Positions 18,754 through 27,459 of a stretch of DNA of 44,952 nucleotides are shown piece by piece. The stretch is from Candidatus Pacearchaeota archaeon (GTDB lineage Bacteria; Patescibacteriota; Minisyncoccia; Minisyncoccales; GCA-002788555), in the NCBI GenBank assembly GCA_035349995.1, contig DAOPTN010000001.1, positions 1 to 44,952 of the forward strand, given 5' to 3'. Below the pieces are notes generated by a model that did no database searches, was not told the origin of the DNA, and saw only the letters and a program-made list of their open reading frames with translations. Position 1 is the stretch's first letter. Every line of letters starts with the position of its first letter. The position numbers and the translations under genes were made by a program.

Positions 18754-19034
18754 ATATTATAAAAGGAGCTTTAAACATCAAACCCATCTTTTACGTTTTA
18801 AACTCATTAATTAAAATTTAGAAACTCCTTTTTTAAATTTTGACCTTTTTCCTTTTCAACACAGAAAAGGATTTTTTAAAATTGATATGTATAATTAAAA
18901 ATGCTGAACCCTTTTTAAAACAGCTTAAGATTATATCCCATCAATTAATTTTACAGCTTCTTTCTTTTCTGTTAAGCCCGCAAGCACAACAAGTAAACCA
19001 TTTTTTCCTTGTCCAAAAATTTGCAAACTCTTTT

Positions 19035-19109
19035 TGGTGGACGGTGCAGGGATCGAACCTGCGACCTCTTCGATGTGAACGAAGCGCTCTACCGCTGAGC
19101 CAACCGTCC
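19035..19109 (-). tRNA. tRNA-Val (anticodon CAC), CCA encoded
   Basis: The reverse complement GGACGGTTGGCTCAGCGGTAGAGCGCTTCGTTCACATCGAAGAGGTCGCAGGTTCGATCCCTGCACCGTCCACCA is a canonical cloverleaf. Confidence 0.92.
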
Positions 19110-19718
19110 TTAAAGAGTAACTCCTAATTTATCAATAATTTTTTTATGATTATGGGAAAAAATATCTTTTAAGAATCGATCATTGATTTCAAACCGATAA
19201 TGAAATTCTTCTACCGTCATCATTGCCCATCTGATTTCTTTGCCTGCTTGACTTTCAATTTTTTTTATTATTTTGAGCAGTTTTGCCTTTTTTGGTTTTT
19301 TACTTACAATTAAAACATCCACCGGTGCCTTTTCTTCTTTTAAAAGAACACCACTTATCACTACTAACTGCACCCCTGATTCTCTTTTAAAGAGTATAGT
19401 AATGTCTTTTAAAGGAACTACAGGTCCTGCTAAAATCAATGCTCGTAATTCTGAAAAAAGAGAAAATTTTGGATTTAAACCATAAAAATATTTACTCCGT
19501 GATGATTCTGAGATTGTTTTTGATTTTTCCTTCCGGGTCTTTTTTTGCAGAAGATTAATTTTTTTTAATTTTTCCAATTCTTTTTTAACTGTGCTAATAT
19601 TAATTTGACATCTTGCTGCAACTTCCCTTGCGTCAAAAATTTCTCCTTCATTTTGAAAAAATAATTTAAGAATGCGGGGCCTTATTTTTGAACCAAATAA
19701 TATTTCTAATTCTTCCAT
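19110..19718 (-). CDS. Winged-helix (ArsR/MarR-like) DNA-binding protein with a C-terminal domain of unknown function
   Basis: N-terminus RILKLFFQNEGEIFDAREVAARCQINISTVKKELEKLKKINLL resembles a wHTH. 202 aa. Confidence 0.55.
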   Translation of the reverse strand: MEELEILFGSKIRPRILKLFFQNEGEIFDAREVAARCQINISTVKKELEKLKKINLLQKKTRKEKSKTISESSRSKYFYGLNPKFSLFSELRALILAGPVVPLKDITILFKRESGVQLVVISGVLLKEEKAPVDVLIVSKKPKKAKLLKIIKKIESQAGKEIRWAMMTVEEFHYRFEINDRFLKDIFSHNHKKIIDKLGVTL

Positions 19719-19893
19719 ATATTTTCTTTTAAAAATTTAATAAATTTTTATATTAAATTTTTTAAAAATTATAAAATTTATTATTTTCTATATATAATAA
19801 TAAAAAAAAACTTACATATTGTCAAAACCTGTAAAAAGAGTTATTATATAATAATAAAAATAAATCTAAAATTTTAACTTTAAAATAATATTT

Positions 19894-21957
19894 ATGCGCA
19901 TTAAAGAACTATTGTTTGATGTAAAAGAACTCACTGTTTATTGTGAAAGCTTTGTTTACGAACCAAGCAATGTTGAAGAAGAAAAACTAGGCCATCTTTT
20001 TATGCTTGGCAGAATAAGAAATAGCGATGAATCATCTTTCTATTTAATAAATCTTTTAGCTTCACGCATTAAAAGAGAATACTACAACTCACTTCGTCGT
20101 TCTGCCAACGAGGCCTTTGAACTAGCGCTTAAAGAAGCCAATAAGGTTTTAAAAGACAACGAGGATAGAATTAATTGGTTGGGCAATCTTGATTTTTTTG
20201 TAGCCAGTGTAGTGCAAAATCGCATCTATTTTACTCTATTGGGAAAAATGCGGGCTTTTATTTTGCGGTCTAATGAAGTAGTAGATCTAGTTCAAAATTT
20301 AATTCCCGAAAGAGATGTTTTATTTCCATTCTCTACAGTAATTCAGGGAGCACTTAAAAAGGATGATGTTTTGATCTTTTCCACTTCTAATATTTTTTCC
20401 AAAGAAAAACTTCTTACTCAGGGCGCCCAATTATTTCCACTTGAAGAAAAAAAATTGAAAGAACTGATTGAAACTGATGAAAGTGGGGTTGCCTTGGTGG
20501 TAGAAACAGGTAAAACAGCTGAAGTCATTGAAAGATTTACTCCAGCCCTCTCTCCTCAAAAATCTCTTTTAAAGGTGCCTTCCCTCTCTCCTGAAAAAAA
20601 AGAAAAAATTGCTACTAATTTTCAAACCCTTTCTCAGAACTCTAAAATATTTTTTAAAACAGCTGGTGAAAAAATAAAAAATTTCTTTGTAAAGATTCCT
20701 ATATTGATAAAAAAATGGCGCAAGCCCACAACGCCCAAGCAAAAAGAAACCATACCCAGTATTACTCTTGAAAAAGTAGATACCGGCATAAAATTTAACT
20801 GGCCAAAGATTAAAAGAACTCTTTTAAAAAAAGAAGTGATAATTCCATTTTGTTTTTTAATTATTGGACTTATTGGGTTTGGAATTGTCCAAAATCAAAA
20901 AAATTTCCAAATCTCTTCTGCTGAAAACACCATCTCAACCGTAGAAGAAAAAAAACAGGAAGCAGAAAATAAATTAATTTACGGAGAAAAAGAAAATGCG
21001 CTGTCTTTATTTGGAGAGGCACTGGAACTATTAAATACAGATGAATATTTATCGTGGCCTGCAGAACAAAAAGAAAAAGCTGATTTATTGAAAAAAGATC
21101 TTGAAAACAAAATTAGTGAATTAACAGGAAGAAAAATTTTATCTGATATTTCTCCTCTTTTTGAAATAAAAGAGGGAGTTGAAAAATGGGAACCTCAGGG
21201 CATAATAATGGTGGAAAATAATATTTATATTTTCTCAAATGTTTCTAACCTAATATACAAATGGGATACAAAAACAAAAAAAGAAATATTTTTTCCAGTA
21301 AATGCTGAAGGAGTAATAGGCGCTACAGTAGTAAATAATGTGCCGATCTTTTTATCAAATGTAAAAAAAATTGCTCTTGAAAATGAAAAAACTTTTGACC
21401 TTTCTTTCCCTTATGAAATAAATCTTCAAGATAATCCAGCAATTGAATTAGATAATTTTCAAAATAACTTTTATATTTTTGATCAAAGCCAAGGTGAAAT
21501 TATCAAATATCCATTTTCTGAAAATGAAGTGGGCAACAGCACTCTTTGGTTTAAAGAACGAAAAGCTGGAAAAGAAGGCGTCTCTGTTGCTATTGATGGA
21601 AACATTTATTTATTACAACAAAATGGCATTGTCAAAAGATTCTCTGCGGGGTCACTTAAAGAAGAAATTGCTTCTCCTAACGTTTTTCCTAAAATCAAAA
21701 ACGCAACAAAGATTTTTACTTCACCAAACAATAATTATCTTTATATTCTAGAACCAGAAGAAAAAAGAGTAATAGTTACCAATAAAAAAGGAGAATTAAT
21801 TGTGGAATATCAAAGTGAAAAGTTTGAAGATCTAATAGATCTTTGGGTAACCCCTCAAGATAAAAAGATTTATTTGCTTTCAATAAATAAAAAAGCAGAA
21901 GATCAATTATCTTCTACTATAAGTCAAGTATTTGAGATAGAAGTTGAAACAAAATAA
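19894..21957 (+). CDS. Large hypothetical membrane protein: N-terminal cytoplasmic domain, one TM, C-terminal repeat (beta-propeller-like) domain
   Basis: 687 aa, with a TM near VIIPFCFLIIGLIGFGIV. The C-terminus has repeated blade-like units (NNIYIFSN..IYKWD, NFYIFDQSQGEIIKYP, GNIYLLQQNGIVKRF, NYLYILEPEEKRVIV, KKIYLLS). Confidence 0.6.
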   Translation: MRIKELLFDVKELTVYCESFVYEPSNVEEEKLGHLFMLGRIRNSDESSFYLINLLASRIKREYYNSLRRSANEAFELALKEANKVLKDNEDRINWLGNLDFFVASVVQNRIYFTLLGKMRAFILRSNEVVDLVQNLIPERDVLFPFSTVIQGALKKDDVLIFSTSNIFSKEKLLTQGAQLFPLEEKKLKELIETDESGVALVVETGKTAEVIERFTPALSPQKSLLKVPSLSPEKKEKIATNFQTLSQNSKIFFKTAGEKIKNFFVKIPILIKKWRKPTTPKQKETIPSITLEKVDTGIKFNWPKIKRTLLKKEVIIPFCFLIIGLIGFGIVQNQKNFQISSAENTISTVEEKKQEAENKLIYGEKENALSLFGEALELLNTDEYLSWPAEQKEKADLLKKDLENKISELTGRKILSDISPLFEIKEGVEKWEPQGIIMVENNIYIFSNVSNLIYKWDTKTKKEIFFPVNAEGVIGATVVNNVPIFLSNVKKIALENEKTFDLSFPYEINLQDNPAIELDNFQNNFYIFDQSQGEIIKYPFSENEVGNSTLWFKERKAGKEGVSVAIDGNIYLLQQNGIVKRFSAGSLKEEIASPNVFPKIKNATKIFTSPNNNYLYILEPEEKRVIVTNKKGELIVEYQSEKFEDLIDLWVTPQDKKIYLLSINKKAEDQLSSTISQVFEIEVETK

Positions 21958-21985
21958 TAGTTTTGAATTGCTTTTAAAAATAAAA

Positions 21986-22027
21986 TTAGTCCGCCATTGG
22001 ATAAAATAATAGGCGGACTAATTTTTA
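21986..22027. terminator. Bidirectional terminator between the 687-aa gene and rplL
   Basis: TTAGTCCGCC...GGCGGACTAA stem (10 bp) followed by TTTTT and preceded by AAAA. Confidence 0.75.
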
Positions 22028-22037
22028 TTTTAACTTT

Positions 22038-22478
22038 TTATTTTATTTCAACTGTTGCACCAGCTTCTTCAAGTTTTTTCTTTGTCTCTTCTGCCTCTTC
22101 CTTTTTTGCTCCTTGCATCAGTGTTTGAGGTTCTTTCTCACTAGCATCTACCAAATCCTTTGCTTCTTTTAAACCCTTCCCTGTTATTTCCTTTACTATC
22201 TTTATCACAGCGATTTTTGAAGCACCAGGATTTTTAAGAACTAGATCAAAAGCGGTTTTTTCCTCTTCGGCAGCTGCGCCTGCTGATGCTGCGCCTGCTG
22301 CAACTGGAGCGGCCATCATTGGTGCTTGAGCTGAAATATCAAATTTCTCCTCCAACACCTTTACCAATTTTGCCAAATCTACCACTTTTAATTCCTCGAT
22401 CTCCTTTACAATATTTTTCAGATTCTCTGGTATTTCTATTTCTTTTTTTTCTTTTTGATCTTCTTTTTTCTCTGCCAT
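22038..22478 (-). CDS. rplL: Ribosomal protein L7/L12
   Basis: Ala-rich hinge, then the [36 protein letters not shown]-terminal domain. It has a ~20-aa acidic N-terminal extension. Confidence 0.95.
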   Translation of the reverse strand: MAEKKEDQKEKKEIEIPENLKNIVKEIEELKVVDLAKLVKVLEEKFDISAQAPMMAAPVAAGAASAGAAAEEEKTAFDLVLKNPGASKIAVIKIVKEITGKGLKEAKDLVDASEKEPQTLMQGAKKEEAEETKKKLEEAGATVEIK

Positions 22479-22563
22479 AAGTTTAATTAAAAATGTAAAG
22501 TGTAGAAACGCGGCTTTTGCTACTTTCTACCTCTACTTTTCAATTTTAAATTTTTGGACCTTT

Positions 22564-23085
22564 TTATTCGCGAACATTCGCAAATATATATACCAATTTT
22601 TGTAAGTTCCCTTTCAGAGCATAATTTAATTTTACCATCGGCGCTTTCAAAATATTTACCACACTTGCCAAAATTTCTTCTTTCGTAGGAAGAACTGCCA
22701 ATTCCTTTAATTCATTAGAACTTAAAATCTTATATCCAAATTGATCTTTTAACAAGCCACCAATAAATTCCAATCGTTCTTTTTTCCCTTCCTTTTTGAA
22801 ATTAAAAATAATTTTTGCTGGTAAAATTTCATCATTGCTAAAAATAGCTATTACTGACCCTGAAATTTCTGGAAAATCAATCTTCTCTTCTGAAAGCGCT
22901 TTTTGAAGCAATCTTCTTTTTACAACAAAAACATCGGCTCTTGCTTCGTTCTTTAGTTGTTTTTTTAATTCCCTTTGTTTCTCCATTGATAGTCCCTCAA
23001 AATTACAAAAAACAGCTAATTTATTTTCTCTTAATTTTTTTTCAATTTCTTTAACAAGTTCTCTTTTTTGTGCTTTTTTCAACAT
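22564..23085 (-). CDS. rplJ: Ribosomal protein L10
   Basis: 173 aa, directly upstream of rplL, with an L10-like N-terminus (KRELVKEIEKKLRENKLAVFCNFEGLSMEKQRELKKQLK). Confidence 0.9.
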   Translation of the reverse strand: MLKKAQKRELVKEIEKKLRENKLAVFCNFEGLSMEKQRELKKQLKNEARADVFVVKRRLLQKALSEEKIDFPEISGSVIAIFSNDEILPAKIIFNFKKEGKKERLEFIGGLLKDQFGYKILSSNELKELAVLPTKEEILASVVNILKAPMVKLNYALKGNLQKLVYIFANVRE

Positions 23086-23338
23086 AAATTAATTATTATA
23101 AAAATCTGCGGAAATTTTTACCGCAGACTTTTTTATTTTTATATCCTGTGTTCCAATAATTATTTTTCCTCGGAAGGACTTATCACCTTGTACTTTAAAC
23201 AAGATCTTAGAACATATGTCATTTTCAAGCAATTACACAGAAAATAATCAGTGCAGTTCAGCGAACTTGTCCAAAGCACAAGATTGTGCCTTCTGTCTAC
23301 GGTAATAGTATATTATAAAATTTTAAATCTTTTGTCAA
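23086..23338 (-). promoter_or_regulatory. Long structured rplJ leader with a terminator-like hairpin just before the ATG, and a candidate TTGACA promoter
   Basis: Minus-strand TTGACA at 23333..23338 with TATAAT 15 nt downstream (short spacing). Hairpins GGCACAATCTTGTGCC and GTCTGCGG-N9-CCGCAGA + TTTTT (23105..23127) lie ~20 nt before the start codon. Confidence 0.4.
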
Positions 23339-23406
23339 ATGCCTGATCAAAGTAAAGGGCGACAGATGAAGAAAGACTCCAAAATAGGAAAACCTCATCG
23401 ACTATT

Positions 23407-23982
23407 TTACAAATTTTCTAATATCTTTTGAGAAAATTCTTCAGCAGCGCTGGGACCATTGGCAGTAATAATCTTACCATCTCTCACCACATTTTTATCT
23501 ATATATTCTGCACCATTGTCTTTTAAAATCTTAATAGGTGTTGTATCTAAAGGACTTGTCCAAACTGTTGCTTTCTTCTCTTTTAATACTCCTGACCTTG
23601 CTAAAATCACAGGAGCAATACAAATAGCTGCTAAAATCTTTTTTTGAAATACTGTCTCTCTTGCCAAACGATAAGAATCATCATTGTCTAAATTCTGCAA
23701 ACAACCAGGTCCTCCAACAAAAATCACTGCATTAAAATTTTCCGGTTTTACTTCGCTTATTAAAAAATCAACCCGCGCTTCCCCTCCGTCATCTCCTAAT
23801 GCAATTCCTAATTTGGTAGAAGCGGTTTTTACTTCAACACCGGCACTCTCCAAAATTTCCTTTGGCACAAAATATTCTTCATCTCTAAATCCCTGGAAGG
23901 CAATAACCATTACTACTCTCTTTTTTATTTTGGGCTTATCAATATTTATCTTTATTGCTTCTTTGGCAACAACTTGTTCCAT
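23407..23982 (-). CDS. DJ-1/PfpI family protein
   Basis: Nucleophile elbow AAICIAPVILARSG and VIFVGGPG. 191 aa. Confidence 0.8.
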   Translation of the reverse strand: MEQVVAKEAIKINIDKPKIKKRVVMVIAFQGFRDEEYFVPKEILESAGVEVKTASTKLGIALGDDGGEARVDFLISEVKPENFNAVIFVGGPGCLQNLDNDDSYRLARETVFQKKILAAICIAPVILARSGVLKEKKATVWTSPLDTTPIKILKDNGAEYIDKNVVRDGKIITANGPSAAEEFSQKILENL

Positions 23983-24032
23983 ATTTTTATTTTATAACAA
24001 TTTAAATTGAAAAGCAATAAACAAACAAAATA

Positions 24033-24920
24033 CTAGATATTAAAAAGTTGCTTTGCATTTTGAGTTGTAATATTTATTACTTTTTCCACGCTTACCCTTT
24101 TTATATCAGCAATATTCTCAGCAATAAATCTAATAGAAGCGGGCTCATTACGTCCTGGTTTTATTGCACTTTTTGTAAAAACAGGCGGCATTAAAAAAGG
24201 ACAATCACTCTCGATTAAAATTTTATCCAAAGGTGTTATTTTTATATTTTCTATAAAATTAATTCCTTCAATATTTTTAAAAATAATCCCATTAAAACCA
24301 ATATAAAAACCCATCTTAAGATATGCTTCTAATTCCTCTTTTTTACCAACAAATCCATGCATCACTCCTTTTCTTCTTTTTTTAAATGATAAATATTTTT
24401 GAGACAATAAAATTTCAATAAGATCTTGATGGGCCATGCGACAATGAAAAATTACTGGAAGGTTTAATTCACTTGCCAATTTCAATTCTTGAAAAAGCAA
24501 ATCTTTTTGCTTTTTTTTAAATATTTCTTTTTTCTTTGTTGTTTTTGGCTTCCAATAATAATCCAACCCCACTTCACCAATTGCTACCACTCTTTGATTT
24601 TTACTAAGTTCCTTGTATTTTTGATAATTAAATTTATCTTCTGTTAAATCTTCCCAATTTTTACATTTTGATTTTTGATTTTTGATTTTTATCAATCCTG
24701 TATCCAAATTAATAGGATGGAGTCCGATCGCTGCCCAGGCCTTTCCTTGGTATTGTTGAGCTATTTCAATCGCTTTTTTTGAAGTTTCAAAATTCGTACC
24801 AATATTAATCATTGAAACCTTATTTTCAAAACATCTTTTAATCACCTCATTTCGATCTTCTTCAAAATCACTAAAATTTAAATGACTATGAGTATCTATT
24901 AACATATTTTTAATTTTCAT
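24033..24920 (-). CDS. tatD: TatD-family metal-dependent hydrolase
   Basis: IDTHSHLNF N-terminal motif, AIGEVGLDYY, IFHCR, and ESDCPFL. Confidence 0.85.
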   Translation of the reverse strand: MKIKNMLIDTHSHLNFSDFEEDRNEVIKRCFENKVSMINIGTNFETSKKAIEIAQQYQGKAWAAIGLHPINLDTGLIKIKNQKSKCKNWEDLTEDKFNYQKYKELSKNQRVVAIGEVGLDYYWKPKTTKKKEIFKKKQKDLLFQELKLASELNLPVIFHCRMAHQDLIEILLSQKYLSFKKRRKGVMHGFVGKKEELEAYLKMGFYIGFNGIIFKNIEGINFIENIKITPLDKILIESDCPFLMPPVFTKSAIKPGRNEPASIRFIAENIADIKRVSVEKVINITTQNAKQLFNI

Positions 24921-24968
24921 CAGCCAGTCTTTATTTAATTTTTTTCTATTAATATTTAAATTTACTTA

Positions 24969-25122
24969 GGTTCAAAAATTTAATGCAATATTTACAAATA
25001 ATTAAATAATAAATAGAAAGTGAAAAGGAAGAGATTCCGTTGTGTAGTTGTAAGCTTCGCCCGAGATTGCTTAGCTCATGTTAAATACAAAAGAGAGTTG
25101 TTGCGTTAAAAACTTAAACCTG
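24969..25122. mobile_element. MITE-like element, copy 1 (imperfect ~22-bp terminal inverted repeats)
   Basis: Left end AGGTTCAAAAATTTAATGCAA. The right end, reverse-complemented, is AGGTTTAAGTTTTTAACGCAACAA. The interior CCGTTGTGTAGTTGTAAGCTTCGCCCGAGATTGCTT matches the reverse complement of 44318..44356. Confidence 0.6.
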
Positions 25123-25143
25123 CCTTTTTAATTAAATTAGAAT

Positions 25144-25800
25144 TTAAATGATAAAGTTGTAAATTCCCCAAAAATGACAAAACGTCCCTAAAATAGTTAA
25201 GATATGAAATATTTCATGAAAACCAAACTGTTTACAAAAATTGGGCTTTTTTTGAGCATATATATAAGCACCAAGGGTATAAAAAAATCCTCCTAAAAGC
25301 AACCATCCAATAAAGGAAACAGAAACCTTCTGGCTTAACGGATAAAGCAAAACAACGCTTAGCCAACCCATTACAACATAAATAGCTGTAGCTACCCACC
25401 GAGGAACATTAGTCCAGAATTTTTTTAAAAAAACCATTGAAATACCAAAAATAGCTAAAGCCCAAATTAAAATTAGAGAATACCATCCCCATGGGCCCCA
25501 AAGAGGAATAAGACAAATTGGTGTATAAGTTCCTGCAATCAAAATGTAAATCATTGCATGATCTATTTTTCTAAAAATATCTATTTCCTCTGGTGAATGT
25601 CCGAAAAGATGATAAATTGTGCTCGAGGCATAAAGAAAAATCATACTCAATCCAAAAACAGAAAAAGAAATTATTTTAATAGACGACTGTTCTTGAACAG
25701 CTGAGCTTATTAAAATAACTGTACCAAAAACAGACAGCACAGCGCCAATTAAATGACTCAGCCCGCTCACAGGATCTTTAATTTTAATTTTTAATGCCAT
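25144..25800 (-). CDS. Hemolysin III / PAQR family membrane protein
   Basis: Seven hydrophobic segments and the motifs DHAMIYILIAGTYTP and HEIFHILTILG. Confidence 0.85.
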   Translation of the reverse strand: MALKIKIKDPVSGLSHLIGAVLSVFGTVILISSAVQEQSSIKIISFSVFGLSMIFLYASSTIYHLFGHSPEEIDIFRKIDHAMIYILIAGTYTPICLIPLWGPWGWYSLILIWALAIFGISMVFLKKFWTNVPRWVATAIYVVMGWLSVVLLYPLSQKVSVSFIGWLLLGGFFYTLGAYIYAQKKPNFCKQFGFHEIFHILTILGTFCHFWGIYNFII

Positions 25801-25835
25801 AGTAGTTTTAAAATCATTACAATTTTCATTTTACA

Positions 25836-25867
25836 GCATTATTACATTCTTAAGAATGTAATAATGC
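25836..25867. promoter_or_regulatory. Perfect 32-bp palindrome upstream of the hemolysin-III gene
   Basis: GCATTATTACATTCTT|AAGAATGTAATAATGC has 16+16 nt with no mismatch and no loop. On the minus strand it is followed directly by TGTAAAAT (extended -10-like). Confidence 0.5.
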
Positions 25868-25878
25868 CCAACAAAAAA

Positions 25879-26298
25879 CTAACCTTGATTATCGCCAAAA
25901 ACATTATTAAAACTTTTTAAATAATCTTTAATTAATTTTATGTCTTCAAGGTCTTTTGGACGGCCCAATTTTGTTTTCCATTCTATCAAATCTTCCAAGC
26001 ATACAAACCTTAATCCTTGAATTTTCTCAGCTTTCTTTATCATTTTAGTTAAATCTCCAAATTTAGACCTCCAGCCATTTGCTGAAAAAATTTCTATTTT
26101 CCCTAATTTAATTTTATCATTTTGAGAATATTCTTTTTGAAGTTTTTTATACAAATCATCTGTCACTATTATATCCAAGTCTCTAGCTTCTCGAATTCCT
26201 CTTACCGCTAATGGTCCACTTCCCAAAATTGCATATTTTCCATCGGGCAAATCTAACTTCCTCAATTCATCTAATAACTTTTCAAACTTTTTATTCAT
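25879..26298 (-). CDS. Small nucleotidyltransferase-fold protein (putative)
   Basis: AILGSGPLAVRGIREARDLDIIV resembles the G[SG]...D.D motif of minimal nucleotidyltransferases. 139 aa. Confidence 0.45.
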   Translation of the reverse strand: MNKKFEKLLDELRKLDLPDGKYAILGSGPLAVRGIREARDLDIIVTDDLYKKLQKEYSQNDKIKLGKIEIFSANGWRSKFGDLTKMIKKAEKIQGLRFVCLEDLIEWKTKLGRPKDLEDIKLIKDYLKSFNNVFGDNQG

Positions 26299-26324
26299 AA
26301 AACTAAATTATTTTAATATTAGAT

Positions 26325-26370
26325 TAAACAGAAATCAGTTATCAGAAATCAGAAAAAGGAAATCAGAAAT
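26325..26370 (+). repeat. Fragment of the CAGAAATCAG repeat (5' part of the 168-bp unit)
   Basis: TAAACAGAAATCAGTTATCAGAAATCAGAAA matches 39978.. and 44615.. with one mismatch in the first ~30 nt. Confidence 0.7.
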
Positions 26371-26408
26371 GAGGCAATCCCTTTCCATCTTCCACCTTCT
26401 GTTTATTT

Positions 26409-27386
26409 TTAATATCCAAATCCGTTTTCTAATTTTTCTACATCGCCTGTGGTTGGGTTTACTACACGATAATAACCAGAACCAGATGGTCCTGTCTCCC
26501 ATTTTGAATCCAAGGGTGCCCAATAATGATCGCCTGTACTGGGAGAATAAACATTTTCATATCCTAGCATTCCTTCTGACCATTCACTGCTTGCTTCGTC
26601 TAAAGTTGACTGTCTTTTTTCATAAGAATCTATAATCATATCTGAAACTTCATCATTGGAAGAAGCAGAAGGAGAACTAGAGGGCTGTAATTTTGCTGTG
26701 CAACGCATTGAAAGAGAAACATTAAAAGCCAAAGCAGAATTTTCTTTCCATTTATCAGAAGTAGTAATAGCTGATCGAAGAACAATAATAAATCCACCAT
26801 CTGAAAGATCCCATGTTCTATATAAAAAAATACCGGTAACTGGTCTGTTTTTTTGCGGCTCAATCGCCTTAAATGTTCTTGTTTTATAATCATTACCAAC
26901 ATCAATCGCCTCACTAAGCCAAGAAAAATTAGTATATCCTAGACTTGAGAGATCAACCTCAATAAACTTTTCAGCAGAATTAAGACCATAAAAAGTAGCA
27001 AAGTCACCTGTCAAGCCAACCATTCCGTAAGAAGCCATTGATGTTTCATCGGGACTAAAAGCATCATAACCAAAACCGACTGATTGCATGCTTTCTATGT
27101 TTGCCCAGCCAGCTGGAGCAAAAGCATAGCAATTTTGAGTGGAAATTTTAGTAAGATTAATAGCATCAGAATCAATCGTTTTTGTTACTGCCATTAATTC
27201 TTTTGTTTCTTCAGAAGAACTTGTTGAGCTTTCTTTTTCTGATGGCAAATAAGGTAATTTTTCATCTTGATTTACTTCTCTATTGGTTTCTTTTCTTTCA
27301 TTGTCTGATTTGTTTATAAGTTTAAGGATCCCTGTCATCGCTAAACTAATTGATATTATTAAAATAATTAAATTTTTTTTATTCAT
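26409..27386 (-). CDS. Hypothetical exported/anchored protein
   Basis: 325 aa with an N-terminal hydrophobic anchor, a Ser/Glu-rich linker, then a globular region. I recognise no family. Confidence 0.5.
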   Translation of the reverse strand: MNKKNLIILIISISLAMTGILKLINKSDNERKETNREVNQDEKLPYLPSEKESSTSSSEETKELMAVTKTIDSDAINLTKISTQNCYAFAPAGWANIESMQSVGFGYDAFSPDETSMASYGMVGLTGDFATFYGLNSAEKFIEVDLSSLGYTNFSWLSEAIDVGNDYKTRTFKAIEPQKNRPVTGIFLYRTWDLSDGGFIIVLRSAITTSDKWKENSALAFNVSLSMRCTAKLQPSSSPSASSNDEVSDMIIDSYEKRQSTLDEASSEWSEGMLGYENVYSPSTGDHYWAPLDSKWETGPSGSGYYRVVNPTTGDVEKLENGFGY

Positions 27387-27459
27387 AAAAACAAAAAAAG
27401 AATATTTTAAAATTGATTAGACATTAAAACATCTTTTTTAAATTAATATAATTTTGGAT

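Noticed and set aside
18840-19127. 95-aa plus-strand ORF.
   Set aside because: Its 3' part is antisense to tRNA-Val and it overlaps the end of the wHTH gene. Its low-complexity Leu/Phe-rich translation is typical of AT-rich non-coding DNA.
26335-26635. ORFs 26335..26523 (-) and 26369..26635 (+) at the 3' end of the exported-protein gene.
   Set aside because: They overlap the longer 26409..27386 ORF and the CAGAAATCAG repeat fragment. No motif was recognised.
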